64,000 nt of DNA, taken from Macrostomum lignano. Taxonomy: Eukaryota. Every line of letters starts with the position of its first letter. Within the stretch, counting starts at the first letter, position 1. The DNA lies in NCBI GenBank assembly GCA_002269645.1, contig NIVC01000105.1, positions 597,992 through 661,991 on the forward strand. Direction: 5' to 3'. The translations under genes were made by a program, and so were the position numbers. The notes below the pieces were generated by a model, which worked only from the letters and a program-made list of their open reading frames with translations, searched no databases and was not told where the DNA came from. Shown piece by piece: positions 51,735 to 63,779 of the stretch.

Positions 51735-53591
51735 ATGAATGACTCCAGCCCGAACTCCAGCTCCATCAATAGCAGCAGTCCGTGGCTGCAGACCTGCCCG
51801 GAGCTGGAGCCGCACTACGACTGGACCTTGAGCCGCCCGGAGCTGTTCTTCGCCTTCTACGCCGCCGTCTCGCTGGTGGCCATCGTCGGCAACTCGGCGA
51901 TTCTCGCTGTCACCCGCCGACGCCCGGAGGTGATTCAGCGGCGAACTTATCGACTGTTGACGCAGACTCTGTCCGCCTGTGAGCTGCTGCTGGCCGCTGA
52001 CCTTATCGCGCTGCTGTTCCGGATGGGGGTGGGATTCTGGAACCGGACTGCGCCTCATCAGCAGCAGATGCTGATCAGCCAGGCGTGGAATAGCGAGGAC
52101 GAGAATCCGTTCTATCACAGGTGAGATTTGGGAATCCCTTCTATCACTGATGAGATTTATCAGCTTTGACTCACTTTGAATCACAGCAGAGATTGGGAGT
52201 AGAAATAGTACGAATGATATTCTAAGTATCGCAGGTGAGAGTCAGAGAATCGCAGGTGAGAGTCTGAAAACCGCAGGTGAGAGTCAAAAAATCGCAAGTG
52301 AGAGTCCGTGAATATCACAGGTGAGAGTCCGTGAGAATCGCAGGTGAGAGTCTGAGAATCAGAACAGAGATTTTTAGAATCGCAGGTGAGATTTTGAGAA
52401 TCGCAGATGAGATTTTGAGAATCGCAGGTGAGATTCTGAGAATCACAGTTGAGAATCTTAGAATCACAGGTGAGAGTCTTAGAATCGTATAGGTGAGAGT
52501 CTGAGAATCACAGCTAAGATTTTGAGAATCGCAGGTGAGATTCTGAGAATCACAGGTGAGAATCTTAGAATCACAGGTGAGAGTCTTAGAATCGCAGGTG
52601 AGAGTCTGAGAATCAGAACAGAGATTTTTAGAATCGCAGGTGAGATTTTGAGAATTGCAGATGAGATTTTGAGAATCGCAGGTGAGATTCTGAGAATCAC
52701 AGTTGAGAATCTTAGAATCACAGGTGAGAGTCTTAGAATCGTAGGTGAGAGTCTGAGAATCACAGCTAAGATTTTTAGAATCGCTGGTGAGATCCTAACA
52801 ATCGCAGGTAGGATTCTGAGAATCACAGGTGGGATTCTGAGAATCGCAGGAGAGATAATAGTCACACCCCGAACTTGGCCTCTTTCCACCTCAGAGGCAT
52901 CACCACCCGCAAGCTAATTCTCAGCATCCGGGATGTGTCCATCGGCTACGAGGTGTTCGTCTACAGCCTGCTCGCTCTGGATCGTGTCTTGGCCATCGCC
53001 AAGCCTCTCAGCTCGACTTGGTCCACTCGCCTAGTGGGGCTCATAATTCTAATTGGCTTCGTCTCCATGGCAACAATTGAAGCGATCCTACAAGTCTGGC
53101 TATTAACCTCCGTAGCGGCGGCCGATGAGGCCAACGATGACGGCACCGTGTGCCATCTGCTGGTTCGAGTCGCTTCGAAAAGTTTGCTAGCAAAGTCCGG
53201 CGTTATGATCTGCTTCTACGTGCTCTCGTTGGCAGCATATTTCGCCACTGCCTGCCTGCTGCTGAAGTTGCGATGGAAACAAAACCGACGCATTGTGGTG
53301 GTTCAACCGCAGAAGCCGGCGACGCCCCAGCAACAGCTGGGCAAACCTCTGGCTGCTTTGATCCTGGGAAATCTGCTGCACTTTGTCAGCATCCTGCCCC
53401 TAGCTGTGCATAGCAGCGGCTTGGCCAGGGTGGACTGGGTCAGCTTCTACGCTTTCTTCTGCAACTGCGCTGTGATCCCCTGCTTGGCGATCGCCTTCAA
53501 CGGCTCCATGCGACTGCAGCTGCTGAGAATGATGAAGAATGCCGCGACCTTCTGCTTCAGGAAACAGGACCGAGACAGACAGCCGCGCTGA
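51735..53591 (+). CDS. Orphan class A (rhodopsin-like) GPCR, 360 aa, 2 coding exons
   Basis: Exons 51735-52120 and 52895-53591 join in phase 2. N-terminal NxS glycosylation sites (MNDSSPNSSSINSS), TM1 AIVGNSAIL, TM3 ALDRVLAIAKP (DRY-like), further hydrophobic helices and TM7 FCNCAVIP. Ligand class cannot be assigned. Confidence 0.82.
52225..52860 (+). repeat. About 21-bp minisatellite filling the GPCR intron
   Basis: Unit GAGAATC(G/A)CAGGTGAGA(TT/GT)CT. Confidence 0.93.
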
Positions 53592-53689
53592 ACATATATT
53601 GTAGCATATAATGCCTGCAGTAAAAAATTGGGGGATAACAACTGTTGTGAGGCCTTGAGAAATTTCTGTGGATCCTATCTCTTGACAGG

Positions 53690-54300
53690 TTGGGTCATAG
53701 ACAGGTATGGTCAGAGACAGATAATTTGGTCATAGACAGTTTGGGTCGTAGTCAAGTTGGGTCAATGCGTCATAGACAGACTGGGTCACAGACAGGTTGG
53801 GTTATAGGCAGCTTGAGTCACACAGACAGGTTGCAGGCTCACAGACAGACTGGGTCATAGACAGGATGGGTCATAGCCAGGCTGGGTCACAGACATGTTG
53901 GGTTATAGACAGGTTGGGTTATAGACAGGTTGGGTTATAGACAGGTTGGGTTATAGACAGGTTGGGTTATAGACAGGTTGGGTTATAGACAGGTTGGGTT
54001 ATAGACAGGTTGGGTTATAGACAGGTTGGGTTATAGACAGGTTGGGTTATAGACTGGTTGGGTTATAGACAGGTTGGGTTATAGACAGGTTGGGTTATAG
54101 ACAGGTTGGGTTATAGACAGGTTGGGTTATAGACTGGTTGGGTTATAGACAGGTTGGGTTATAGACAGGTTGGGTTATAGACAGGTTGGGTTATAGACTG
54201 GTTGGGTTATAGACAGGTTGGGTTATAGACAGGTTGGGTTATAGACAGGTTGGGTTATTGACAGGTTGGGTTATAGACAGGTTCAGTCATAGACAGGTTT
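53690..54300 (+). repeat. 16-bp minisatellite downstream of the GPCR
   Basis: Unit AGACAGGTTGGGTTAT. Confidence 0.95.
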
Positions 54301-55614
54301 TAGTTCATAGACGAGGTCAGATTGGTCAAAATAAGAGTTGAGTCATAATATTTATGACATACTACCAATTATAAATTGACATTACTCTGAAATATAGAGG
54401 TCTCAAGTGAATCACTTCAAAGAAAATTTTTACACAAAGTTTTCCATACAGTTCGCGCAAACGTGAGTACTTGGAACTCAAAAAGTGCAGCAATATTTCA
54501 CCAAGACGAACCCGCTAGATTTTATTTGAACGAGTTGGCGATTGCTGAAACAAATGCAAATTGAACTTGCATAACACTATGGAATTCTATGGGAATGCGC
54601 CTGTTTAGAGTGTTTGCTCAGAAACTTTGCTCTAATCAGCCGTGAATCTGGTAAAAAGCAACATCTGCAACATCTGCAGTGTTTGCTCAGCTTTCTGTCC
54701 CACCAGCTTTGACTGACAGACCCAAGGGTTTAGAAGTGTCTCCGTTAAGCGGATTTGTTAAAAAGATAGTCGAGTTGGATGCAGATGAATGTTCAATCGG
54801 GTAGCGTAGGAGATTCTATCTGTACTTCGGTCGGTTTCTTCAAATGATGAATATTTGGCTTGTAGCTGACAGGCCATGTACATGCATCCCTATTTTATAG
54901 GGGCTTGGAAGTAAAAGCAAACGGGGACAGGGAAGGCAAAGAGGACAGAGGCAAGGACAACTAAAGCAGCGTGTATACCGGTATACAGGACGCGACACTC
55001 ACGTTTCTTGGAAAAAGTTTTGAAAGCCACTTTTGTTTCTACGTACATTTCCTGTTCCTAAAAATCATTCAAATGCATGGCACAACTAGAGCAATATCAA
55101 TAGAGCAATAATAAAGGCACAGCATATCAAAAATCAAAAGATAAACATTGGATCTGTCTTCTATCGAAAGCAATAACAATTTTTGTGCTGATAAAATGAT
55201 AACTTCCTATCTCCGTAGTGTATTTTTCGGCGAAAAATGGCCTTCAAAACATTTTCCATAGATTTCGAGTGTCGCCTCCTTTAGTAGTCCTACTTTCGTA
55301 GTCCTTGGGCAGAGTGTGCAGAAGGGGGTCTAGAGAGAGGAAAGAACTGGTGTGACTTTTGGGACTAAAGCAAGTGAGAGAACTGAAGGAAATTATTACA
55401 GGCTATTTGCTAGGCAAAGAAACTGTTCCCATCTTGCGTTATTGGTCGCTACTAATTAGTAATAGTTCGATAGAAATATGATTATACAAGCTAGTTAAAA
55501 TACACTGCAGCATCAAAAGCTTTATACCCATGGATTTTATGGTTGGGGAACCAAACCAAGACATTCTACATGGCTAAATTTCTACATGTACATAATTTTG
55601 AGAATCGGTGTTGC

Positions 55615-55880
55615 AGGCACTCATTGTGGCGCCACAGGCACTCAATTTGGCGCCGCAGGCACTCATTTTGGCGCCGCAGGCACTCATTTTGGCGCCGCAG
55701 GCACTCATTTTGGCGCCGCAGGCACTCAATTTGGCGCCGCAGGCACTCATTTTGGCGCCGCAGGCACTCAATTTGGCGCCGCAGGCACTCATTTTGGCGC
55801 CGCAGGCACTCATTTTAGCGCCGCAGGCACTCATTTTGGCGCCGCAAGCACTCATTTTAGCGCCGCAGGCACTCATTTTT
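55615..55880 (+). repeat. 21-bp minisatellite
   Basis: Unit GGCGCCGCAGGCACTCATTTT, about 12 copies. Confidence 0.93.
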
Positions 55881-56764
55881 TCGGTGGCGACGCCACGCCC
55901 CTACAACTAAGCTATCATGAGAAGCATTTATGCTTTTATTCTAATTGATGACTCGAATAGTCGATAAGGTGCATGGATGCTGAAAATTTTTGGCCAAAGT
56001 GAAATTAAGGCTACGTGAAAGCGCCCTAGCAGATTGCATAGTGTCCCAGTTTTTTCTCTTTATTAATTATTTTATTTAAATTAAATATAAATATTTTATA
56101 TTTAAGACGATATCCCCATGCAAATTCACTGTTACAATTGTAAAGCAAGCATGCATTGATGAGATGAAATAGTCCTGTCTAGTTGGGCCCACATATCCTA
56201 GATTCTACAATGACAAGATAGGCCACTCAACACATTTGCGTGTAAGCTACTTTCAGGTTAGTAGTAAGTTAAACAGAATTAAGCTTGTTAATGTGTTTTT
56301 AAAGCCAAGGCTCATTTATTGGCTCTTACCCCAGCAGCTTCAACCCCGCAACCGGCGTACCTCTCATGACCCGCCCCAATTTTATTGCCTTTCTCGGTCT
56401 AAATTCCAGCCTAAAGCTGCAATATATGTACATTTCAGTGGACTGGCCAATGTACATTATTGCTGAAACAATTGAGGCTTGTTCACACCGCCATCAAATG
56501 AGGCCAATTTTCGAGTGATCACACAAAGTCAAAATTACAGCTGATTACTCGTATTAACGAATTTTTGACAATCACCTCAGTTTTTCACGTCATCAACTGA
56601 TTTTTTGCGAGTGATGGCAAGTATCAACTGACTGATCTGATAGTGAGGAGAATGACTGGACTGGGGTTTACATGTATAAGAGGGTGATGAAGTTTTCCAA
56701 TTAGTTGCGCGAGCAATACTTGTGCGCAGATAATGTACATTATCTTCAGCCTGAGCATGCTTGG

Positions 56765-56930
56765 GCGCAACCTAGGGATTCACCCGGCCGTTTCTATTGG
56801 CAACACAGACATGGAAGTCGCTATTGGATGGAATAGTAGTCACGTGACTTGCTGCTCTCAGCCAATACCGACTTACATGTACATGTGTGTGTTGCCAATA
56901 GAAACGGCCGAGTGATTCCCAAGGTTGCGC
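56765..56930. repeat. 166-bp quasi-palindrome (foldback element or symmetric regulatory element)
   Basis: GCGCAACCTAGGGATTCACCCGGCCGTTTCTATTGGCAACACAGACATG pairs with the 3' arm ending AAGGTTGCGC with about 4 mismatches. Central perfect palindrome AGTCACGTGACT at 56838-56849. Confidence 0.85.
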
Positions 56931-57607
56931 ATGTATCTGCCTGAGCATAAATCGTACATATATTTCTTTCAGCAGATTTGAGAAAACTATTTTGTGCTTT
57001 GGCCTTTGAATTCAATAACAGTGTACAGTCTGTATCAAAGTACAAAGGCCAGCGCTCTTATTGATATGATATGACTTTGTAGATGAAAAACAGCATTATC
57101 TTGTGATGTATTTAAGTAAGTATTACAAAAGAACTAATTAGTAGTAAAGAAACAAAAACATATCAAAATTTATATTGGAATAAATTTCACATTAAATCTG
57201 TGATGCGGGGTTTAAAAAGGCGCCACGCGACGTGAGGCAATTAGTCGTAAATTAGCGCGGTATAATAAACTTGTGGGCCCAAATATGTTCATATTACAAC
57301 ACTTTATGTAAAAATAATAACAAAAAATAGTCCCGGATTCGAGACCCCAAATCCCGGGATTTCGGGATCCCGGGATTGCAATCCCTAATTTGGTCTCTCA
57401 TTTGGTTGCAGTGTGAATGAGCCTTTGCAAGTTGTTTACGCCTGCAAGCTTGGGCTTCTAAAAACTTATCAAAAATCAAAACATATCAAAACCAACTTTA
57501 TTCTTAACTTTCTTCTTATTCTTTGCAACTAAACTGAAAGCAGAAAGCCGCTTTACAAAGTATATACTCAGCAACATTGAAAAGTCGCCACCCTTTGCCC
57601 TAGTGTC

Positions 57608-57842
57608 CAGGGGCGTAGCCAGGAATTTTGATTGGGGGGGCCGTGAGTTAGGGGGCGCCAGCTTCTTATAGGGGGCGCCAGTTTCTTTTAGGGGGGGGCG
57701 CCAGTTTCTTATAGGGGGGGGGGGCGCCAGTTTCTTATAGGGGGGGGGGGCGCCAGTTTCTTTTAGGGGGGGGGGCGCCAAGGCCAGAGTTGGTGATTGG
57801 GGGGGCCACGGCCCCCCTTGCCCCCCTCTGGCTACGCCCCTG
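57608..57842. mobile_element. 235-bp MITE with 15-bp TIR and 9-bp TSD (hAT- or Mutator-type)
   Basis: CAGGGGCGTAGCCAG (57608-57622) / CTGGCTACGCCCCTG (57828-57842), perfect. Flanks CCTAGTGTC (57599-57607) and CGTAGTGTC (57843-57851), 8/9. Internal (G)nCGCCAGTTTCTT repeats. Confidence 0.8.
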
Positions 57843-60800
57843 CGTAGTGTCCACTGTCCAGTGAGCAGTTGTCTTTCGACCAGCGTCTATCTATCATCTG
57901 GCCATTGGCAAAATATTTTGAAAGTAAAAAATGCTTAAAAAAAGCAATGAAAACCGGGCAGAAGCTTCAATCCATTCAATCTTCGCAAGTTGCGTCACTT
58001 AAAAGTCAATTATACTGTGAGGTAGAATTTACTGTGTACTCTCAAAAGTTGAGACTTTTTAATGTAGTTGAGATATACTCGTATGTCTGAGTGTGAGTAT
58101 CTGTAATTTGTTAGGCCAAAGAACGTAGGAAAACCTTCCTCAATACTCTGATTAACACTGGCGGAGAGGGGAGGGCCGAGGGGTATCGCTCTCAGGCTGA
58201 GGCCTGAGGGTTGAACTGGAAAGGCGGGCGTCTGGGCTTTGTCTATCGATTTTTAAGAGACACAGAAGAGCGCGGAGGGCGGGAGTGTACTTAGCCCAGT
58301 GTACACTTGGGTGGGAGGGGGGCTTTCAACTTTTCACTCACCCAACCGAGGCTGAGGGAGGGGGAAGGAGACGAGAGAGGGAAGCTCTGGTCGTCTAGAA
58401 AATAAGTTATATACATTTTAAAAGCTTCTTGCGCACGGCAGCAATGAAACAGATTTTGTAATGCCAACGCAGAAGTAGACTTTGCTTTCTCCAATATAGT
58501 GTTTAGTCCACTCGTTCGTATCTGGACGTACTCATATACACATACTCATATACTCATATCATCGTCTCATATACACAGGTCCCTAGTACAGCAGCTACTA
58601 GAGCAAATCATTAGGTAAGTGGCGATTGCAGATGCAGCTAAACGTTTTATAATGCTTACATTATATTAAGAGTTGTATTCTCGAATACAACTAATGAATT
58701 TAGGTAATTCACAGATAAAGTCAGTGGAATGATTGACAGCTAGAGATTCCAATCTTGGGATCCTAGGATTTGGCCTCTAAAGCCAGGATTTCAGTCCTAG
58801 GATTTTTCATAAATGAATAAATAAATAAATAAATAAATAAATAAGAATAAGAAATCCTGGGATTGCAAATGCAATTTATCATAAAAAATATTTTTTCATT
58901 GTGTCTAATGAAATGTAGGCTATGCCGTCCGGATCATGTTGGCTACATGCCAAATTGTGAAAAAATTGTTTGCACGCCAAGGATGCAAAGTTTTTTGAAA
59001 TTGTACACCAAAGTTGCATATTAGGTAGTGCCAATGAAGGGGCAGCGTGATAGAGAATGTAGCCAATTGTTGATTACTTTGCTGACATTGTATTGTGCAG
59101 CTCTTAGGTAGGCACTTCAGTGAGAAAATTAAATTTCAGAAATTGTTATAGGCTGCTATTTCACTAGATAGATCTTACTTTCCCATTTCCAAAATGGCCA
59201 AACTTTAGTGATTTGGTTGAGTAATAAGGAAACTACAGCTATTTTAGTAACCCCGATTTGTGCCTTTAGCCAATGGAATTTTTACATTACGGTTTGTGAT
59301 CATTTTTGGCCAAAAAGTTGGCTTTTTGTCTTTGAACACTTGTAATTAATTTTCTAGCCAACCAAAATGACTGTGCTTGGTGTCATTTTGTTCAGTTTTT
59401 TAGTGTTAATTGTATGAATTATATATTTTAATATTATTTTATATGCCCAAGTTGCTAAGCTAATTGAAACAGGATGGGTGTATGAAATTTTGACTATTTT
59501 AACCAGATACGTAATGATTGCAATTTTAAAAATACAATAGCATCTGTTCTGCTTGCTTAATTTATACAAGGCTAGTGTCATTTTGTTCAGGTTTTTACCT
59601 ACTATAATACTATTCTACTTCTTGCCCTAAATTTTTAATGCATGACAGACACCCCAACTGCAATGTAATGTGCTGTACAGGCTTTGCGCATGGGTTTATT
59701 AAAAAATGGTTTTGCCTATCGTGTTCAGCATAGCAGAATTAGTTAAATGACACAGAGAACTAGTTTGCCGGAAGGCAGAGTCTCACAAAAAACACGAAAT
59801 ACACGTTTCAATGGGTATTTTACATGTAAACGTATCAAAAAAAGAAACCTCCACAAAATTTTTGCGCCTATAGCTATTGGCAAGCGGTTTTTTTACTGTG
59901 CTTGTATTGTCAATAGGTAATGAAAAATATAAAGAGAAACAATGCAGGAAAAGGATTTCATGGAAAATTTTGGATTTGAAATTTTGCATAGAGCCATATG
60001 GGCATTAAAAGAAAAAAAAATTTTTTTTAACACCAGAAAAATGTTTCTAAATTATCCCTTTACACTATAAAACCTTTGTTTCCATTATAAGAAACACATT
60101 GCAGCTAAGAAAAAGCATTTTCTGAACCACTGTTTTTTTATTCATTTTGGCTTCAATTTTATATTCCTCCTAAAAAATGGTCAACTTTAAAAATAGACAG
60201 TGCAAAAAGTATAACAAAGCTAGACTTGCAGTTGGTGTCATTTGAAAGAGCTCCTTTTTACCTTTTAAATGCATATTTTACTTTCATCCTGGCTTCTATA
60301 GTTTCTTTAAAATCGCCCTTGAAAAATTGGACTTTTTTCTTACTTTTTTTGCCATTGGCACGCACTTCTTATAACTCACTGAAGTCCCTATCTTAGGTCA
60401 GAAAAAATGGCATCCGATGCCCTTTGTATAAAAAAGACATAACATATTTTTCACTTTAAAGAGACAAACTTGCTTCCATTTTTGTATTTACCAAAAAGCA
60501 ATATTAAACAGAACAATTTATTTATTTATATTATTTATAGTCCAATTTACAAAACTTAAAATTTTTTTATAGATTAACAGAACAGAAAATTTTGTTTTAG
60601 TCATGCAAAGTCCATTATATAATTGATTAATATTTATAATTTTAAATACCATGGTCAGGAAGGTGCAGCGTATGCGCAGGAATAACATCCATCAAAGTTT
60701 TTGTTGTGCGCCATGTACGCCGAGAAAAAAATTACTTGTGCGCCATGCGCCCCATAGTCAGGAAGGTGTCCAGTGTACGCCGGAATGAAAATTAAGAAAA

Positions 60801-61639
60801 AATGTTGTGTACGCCAAAATTGAAAAGCCCTAAAAAAGCGCTTTTTGATGTACGCCAAAATTGAATAGCCCAAAAAAGCGTACGCCAAAATTGAGGACCC
60901 AAAAAAACGCTGCAATTTACAGATTTAAAATTTACGTATTAATTACCCATTAAAAAGTTCATTTGTTTTCAGACAACGATTCTGACAGAGACTTATCGGC
61001 TCCGACGAACGGACACCGACTACCCTGTTCCCGGCGCCGATCAATCACTTTGCTAGATTCATACTTCTTGCGAGTGCGGGCTTTGGGGTCGAAGAAGAGT
61101 GGTCCACGGTGTTGCCGCAAGCAAGTCAGGTTATACTGTCCGTTTTTCTACATTTAGCCACATCAATTCTTGGACAATTCCATACGACCATACAGAGAGG
61201 TGTTGATAGATAATTTCAAACGGGTCGGCACTAAACACAAGGAATGTTGGCATTTTAATAAGCAGTCATTGATTTATCTATATTTGCCAGGTAACTTAGA
61301 TATTTGCTTGCTTCACAAGAACGAAAATAATTAAATCATTAGCGAATCACTCCGAACTAGTCAATGAAATAACAATCCAAGAATCATTATAGGCGAGCAT
61401 GAAACACTTCCTGTCTGGCACTCCAGAAAAAAAATGCGCGGCTTCGTCGTAGAAGCCGATTCGGAGGAGGGAGGACTCATAATACGGATATTTGTAGAGG
61501 CTGCCAGTAAAAACTAGCTCTACTCCGGTCACTAGAGCAAACACGAGTTACATGCAAAATGTGGCCTTCAATGACGCAGCAGTTTTTAGGTTTCTTTTTT
61601 GAGTATTTCTGGCTTGCAAGGTCAGCATGGAGCAGGTCA

Positions 61640-61787
61640 CGCAACAAGGGGAGAAAGAAGAGAAGGGGGGAAAGAGAAAGAGAGCTAAGAAGAGACAAAA
61701 CTTGAGCGGGCCGAATTGCTATTGTGAAGTTTCAAAGGACCCGAGGACCAGATAGAGAAGCCCGCGTTCAAAGTTTGCCAACCCCTG
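61640..61787. mobile_element. Right-end fragment of the same hAT MITE family as 38415-39651
   Basis: GAGAGCTAA.AAGAGAC...CTTGAGCG.G....TGCTATTGTGAAGTTT...AGTTTGCCAACCCCTG parallels 39545-39651; no left end found. Confidence 0.55.
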
Positions 61788-62660
61788 CACAATAAAAATG
61801 ATTAAAGCGGTGATTGAGAATTTTTTGTCCAGAAGTATATTTTTTTCAGTCAGTCAGTGAAAACCAGTTCATAGACGCATGGACCTGTACGACCGCAAAC
61901 AAAAAACAATGTGGTAAGAATTCAAGCGGGCTGATGTGGGTGCCCAGCTGCAGTTTCCACTGACTTGGAATTCAAGAGGATGGAAGGACCGATTGACAAT
62001 AAAACTGTCATGGGAACGCAGAGACGCATCGGGCGCTTATGACGCAGTGAATTTATTCATCTTGAAAAATGCGAAAGGCATTTTTAGATGAATGCCGTTA
62101 GATGAACCCTTCTGCCTTTCCGCAAGTTTTTTTACAGACAAGCTTTAAAATAAGTCAAAAAATCTCTAGAAAAAATTTCTAGAAAAAAATACGTAAAAGA
62201 CAGTTTTAGAAACTACAATTAATTACCATATTTTTATTTGTAATTGTCACTGTGCCCTGTAGGAACTGAAAAGCAGACGAGTGTTGAGTGGGAGTGGCTT
62301 AGGAAGGGACATTCTTCACCCACTATCGAACGCAGAGAAGGGGTTGGCTGGGGTGCCATTTTTATAACTGGGAAAGAGGCACAAGATTTTTACTCTCCAT
62401 GTGCAGTCTAGTCTTACTTCGTGGTCTGTGGTGGGCACTCAACATCAATGGGACTTGTCAGGAGAATTCCCTGGACCGGACTGAATTTCCCTGGTCGCGG
62501 ACCATTAGTTGCGCTGCCTCGCGGCACATCGAAAGCACTACTGACGCACCAAAGCTACAATACCTTATCTCTACACCCACAATGGCCACGGCGACATTAT
62601 CTGTCGTGCAGTAGCCACGGGGGATGCCCTCACGCAAAAGCATTTGTAGCAGGAAGCCGA

Positions 62661-63779
62661 CTAGATCTTTTCGGCCCTTACTGCGCTGATAGGCCACATC
62701 GACTCTCCCTGCCTCCTGACGGAGTAGCGCCAGCAGAGCGTCGGTTCGGTCGGCCAAGGGCTCAGTGCCCATAATGGCGGGCTTTTCGATTCCAGCTTTA
62801 TCCGCGAGCGCAGGCCCATGCCCAACTGCCGAGCCCAAGATCTGAGCAGGTGGAAAAGGCAGTTAAGGCCACAGCCACGCCGAACGACGTCTCGAATGCC
62901 GACTTGAAGGACGACCAGCCGCTCGAGCACAGCAGCCGGTGCCATGCTGACGTCGCATGAGTCGTTCTCTCCGTCTTCTTCGTCCTGCCACAGAAAGCCC
63001 GTGTAAATGTCGGTTGGGCTTTTCACGGCGGTTGTGAGTAGACCCATGACATCGCGAAGCATTGGCAGGGGCCAGTTCTGCAGAGTGACGATGGAATTGC
63101 AGCCGCACTGATTGGAAGCCGCCGCCTCGCGCCTGCTGGTTTCAACAGTCAACTGCGCAGCTGAGTGTTTTGACTGGTTCGCAGAGACAAACCGCTCTGG
63201 TCCAGTGTTAACAGGCGACCGATGCGGTGGCTTTTTCAGTGGCAATGCATTCGAACATGCGATGTGCCACTGCCACTGCTCCAGGACGGCGTCGACGCTA
63301 GCGTCTGGCGTGAGCAACCGGCCGACTTCGGCCACTGTCGGTTGCGTCGCGACGCAGGGACTGGCACTGGCTGGCAAATTGGGCCGACTGTGTACGCCGA
63401 CTTCGGCCACTGTTGGCTGTCTCGCGACTCCGGGACTGGCACTGGCTGGCAAATTGGGCCGACTGTGTACGCCGAATCCGGGCACGAGATTCGCGAGCCA
63501 CAGCCACGCGCCGTCCGTTCCGATCCTCTGGCTATACCGGTGTACTAGTTCGGCGACGCTGTTGCATCCGAGGTCAGCGAGAGGAACTTCAGCGCCTAAT
63601 AGCTGTCGGTAGGAGGTCAACACGGACTCGATGCGCACCCGAGGTGCTGGACGGCCCCGATGTGCGGGGTACAGCAGGATGGCACGGAGGTTACTAAGCA
63701 CGTCGGCTAATTTCCGTTTCTTTTCATCGGACAAATCCGAGATTTCGTTGCGATCCATTGTGCTGAAAGGGTGTGACAT
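62661..63779 (-). CDS. LOTUS/OST-HTH domain protein (germline TDRD5/TDRD7/Oskar-type N-terminus); 3' end uncertain
   Basis: N-terminal DVLSNLRAILL...IESVLTSYRQLLGAEVPLADLGCNSVAELV fits the LOTUS pattern (LRS.L...L...Y..L.GE.IP...LG..S..E.L). It contains a 2 x 25-aa duplication (63321-63470). An overlapping frame (62458-62838) may be the true C-terminus. Confidence 0.6.
   Translation of the reverse strand: MSHPFSTMDRNEISDLSDEKKRKLADVLSNLRAILLYPAHRGRPAPRVRIESVLTSYRQLLGAEVPLADLGCNSVAELVHRYSQRIGTDGAWLWLANLVPGFGVHSRPNLPASASPGVARQPTVAEVGVHSRPNLPASASPCVATQPTVAEVGRLLTPDASVDAVLEQWQWHIACSNALPLKKPPHRSPVNTGPERFVSANQSKHSAAQLTVETSRREAAASNQCGCNSIVTLQNWPLPMLRDVMGLLTTAVKSPTDIYTGFLWQDEEDGENDSCDVSMAPAAVLERLVVLQVGIRDVVRRGCGLNCLFHLLRSWARQLGMGLRSRIKLESKSPPLWALSPWPTEPTLCWRYSVRRQGESMWPISAVRAEKI

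Noticed and set aside
57310-57387. CCCGGGATT-rich segment ending GGGATTGCAATCCCTA (degenerate relative at about 58745-58872)
   Set aside because: Looks like one end of a MITE, but no matching partner end with a TSD was found.
56476-57423. Possible Harbinger-type MITE (GGCTTGTTCACAC ... GTGTGAATGAGCC)
   Set aside because: The inverted match is only about 13/16 and the flanks (TGA vs TTT) are not a TSD.
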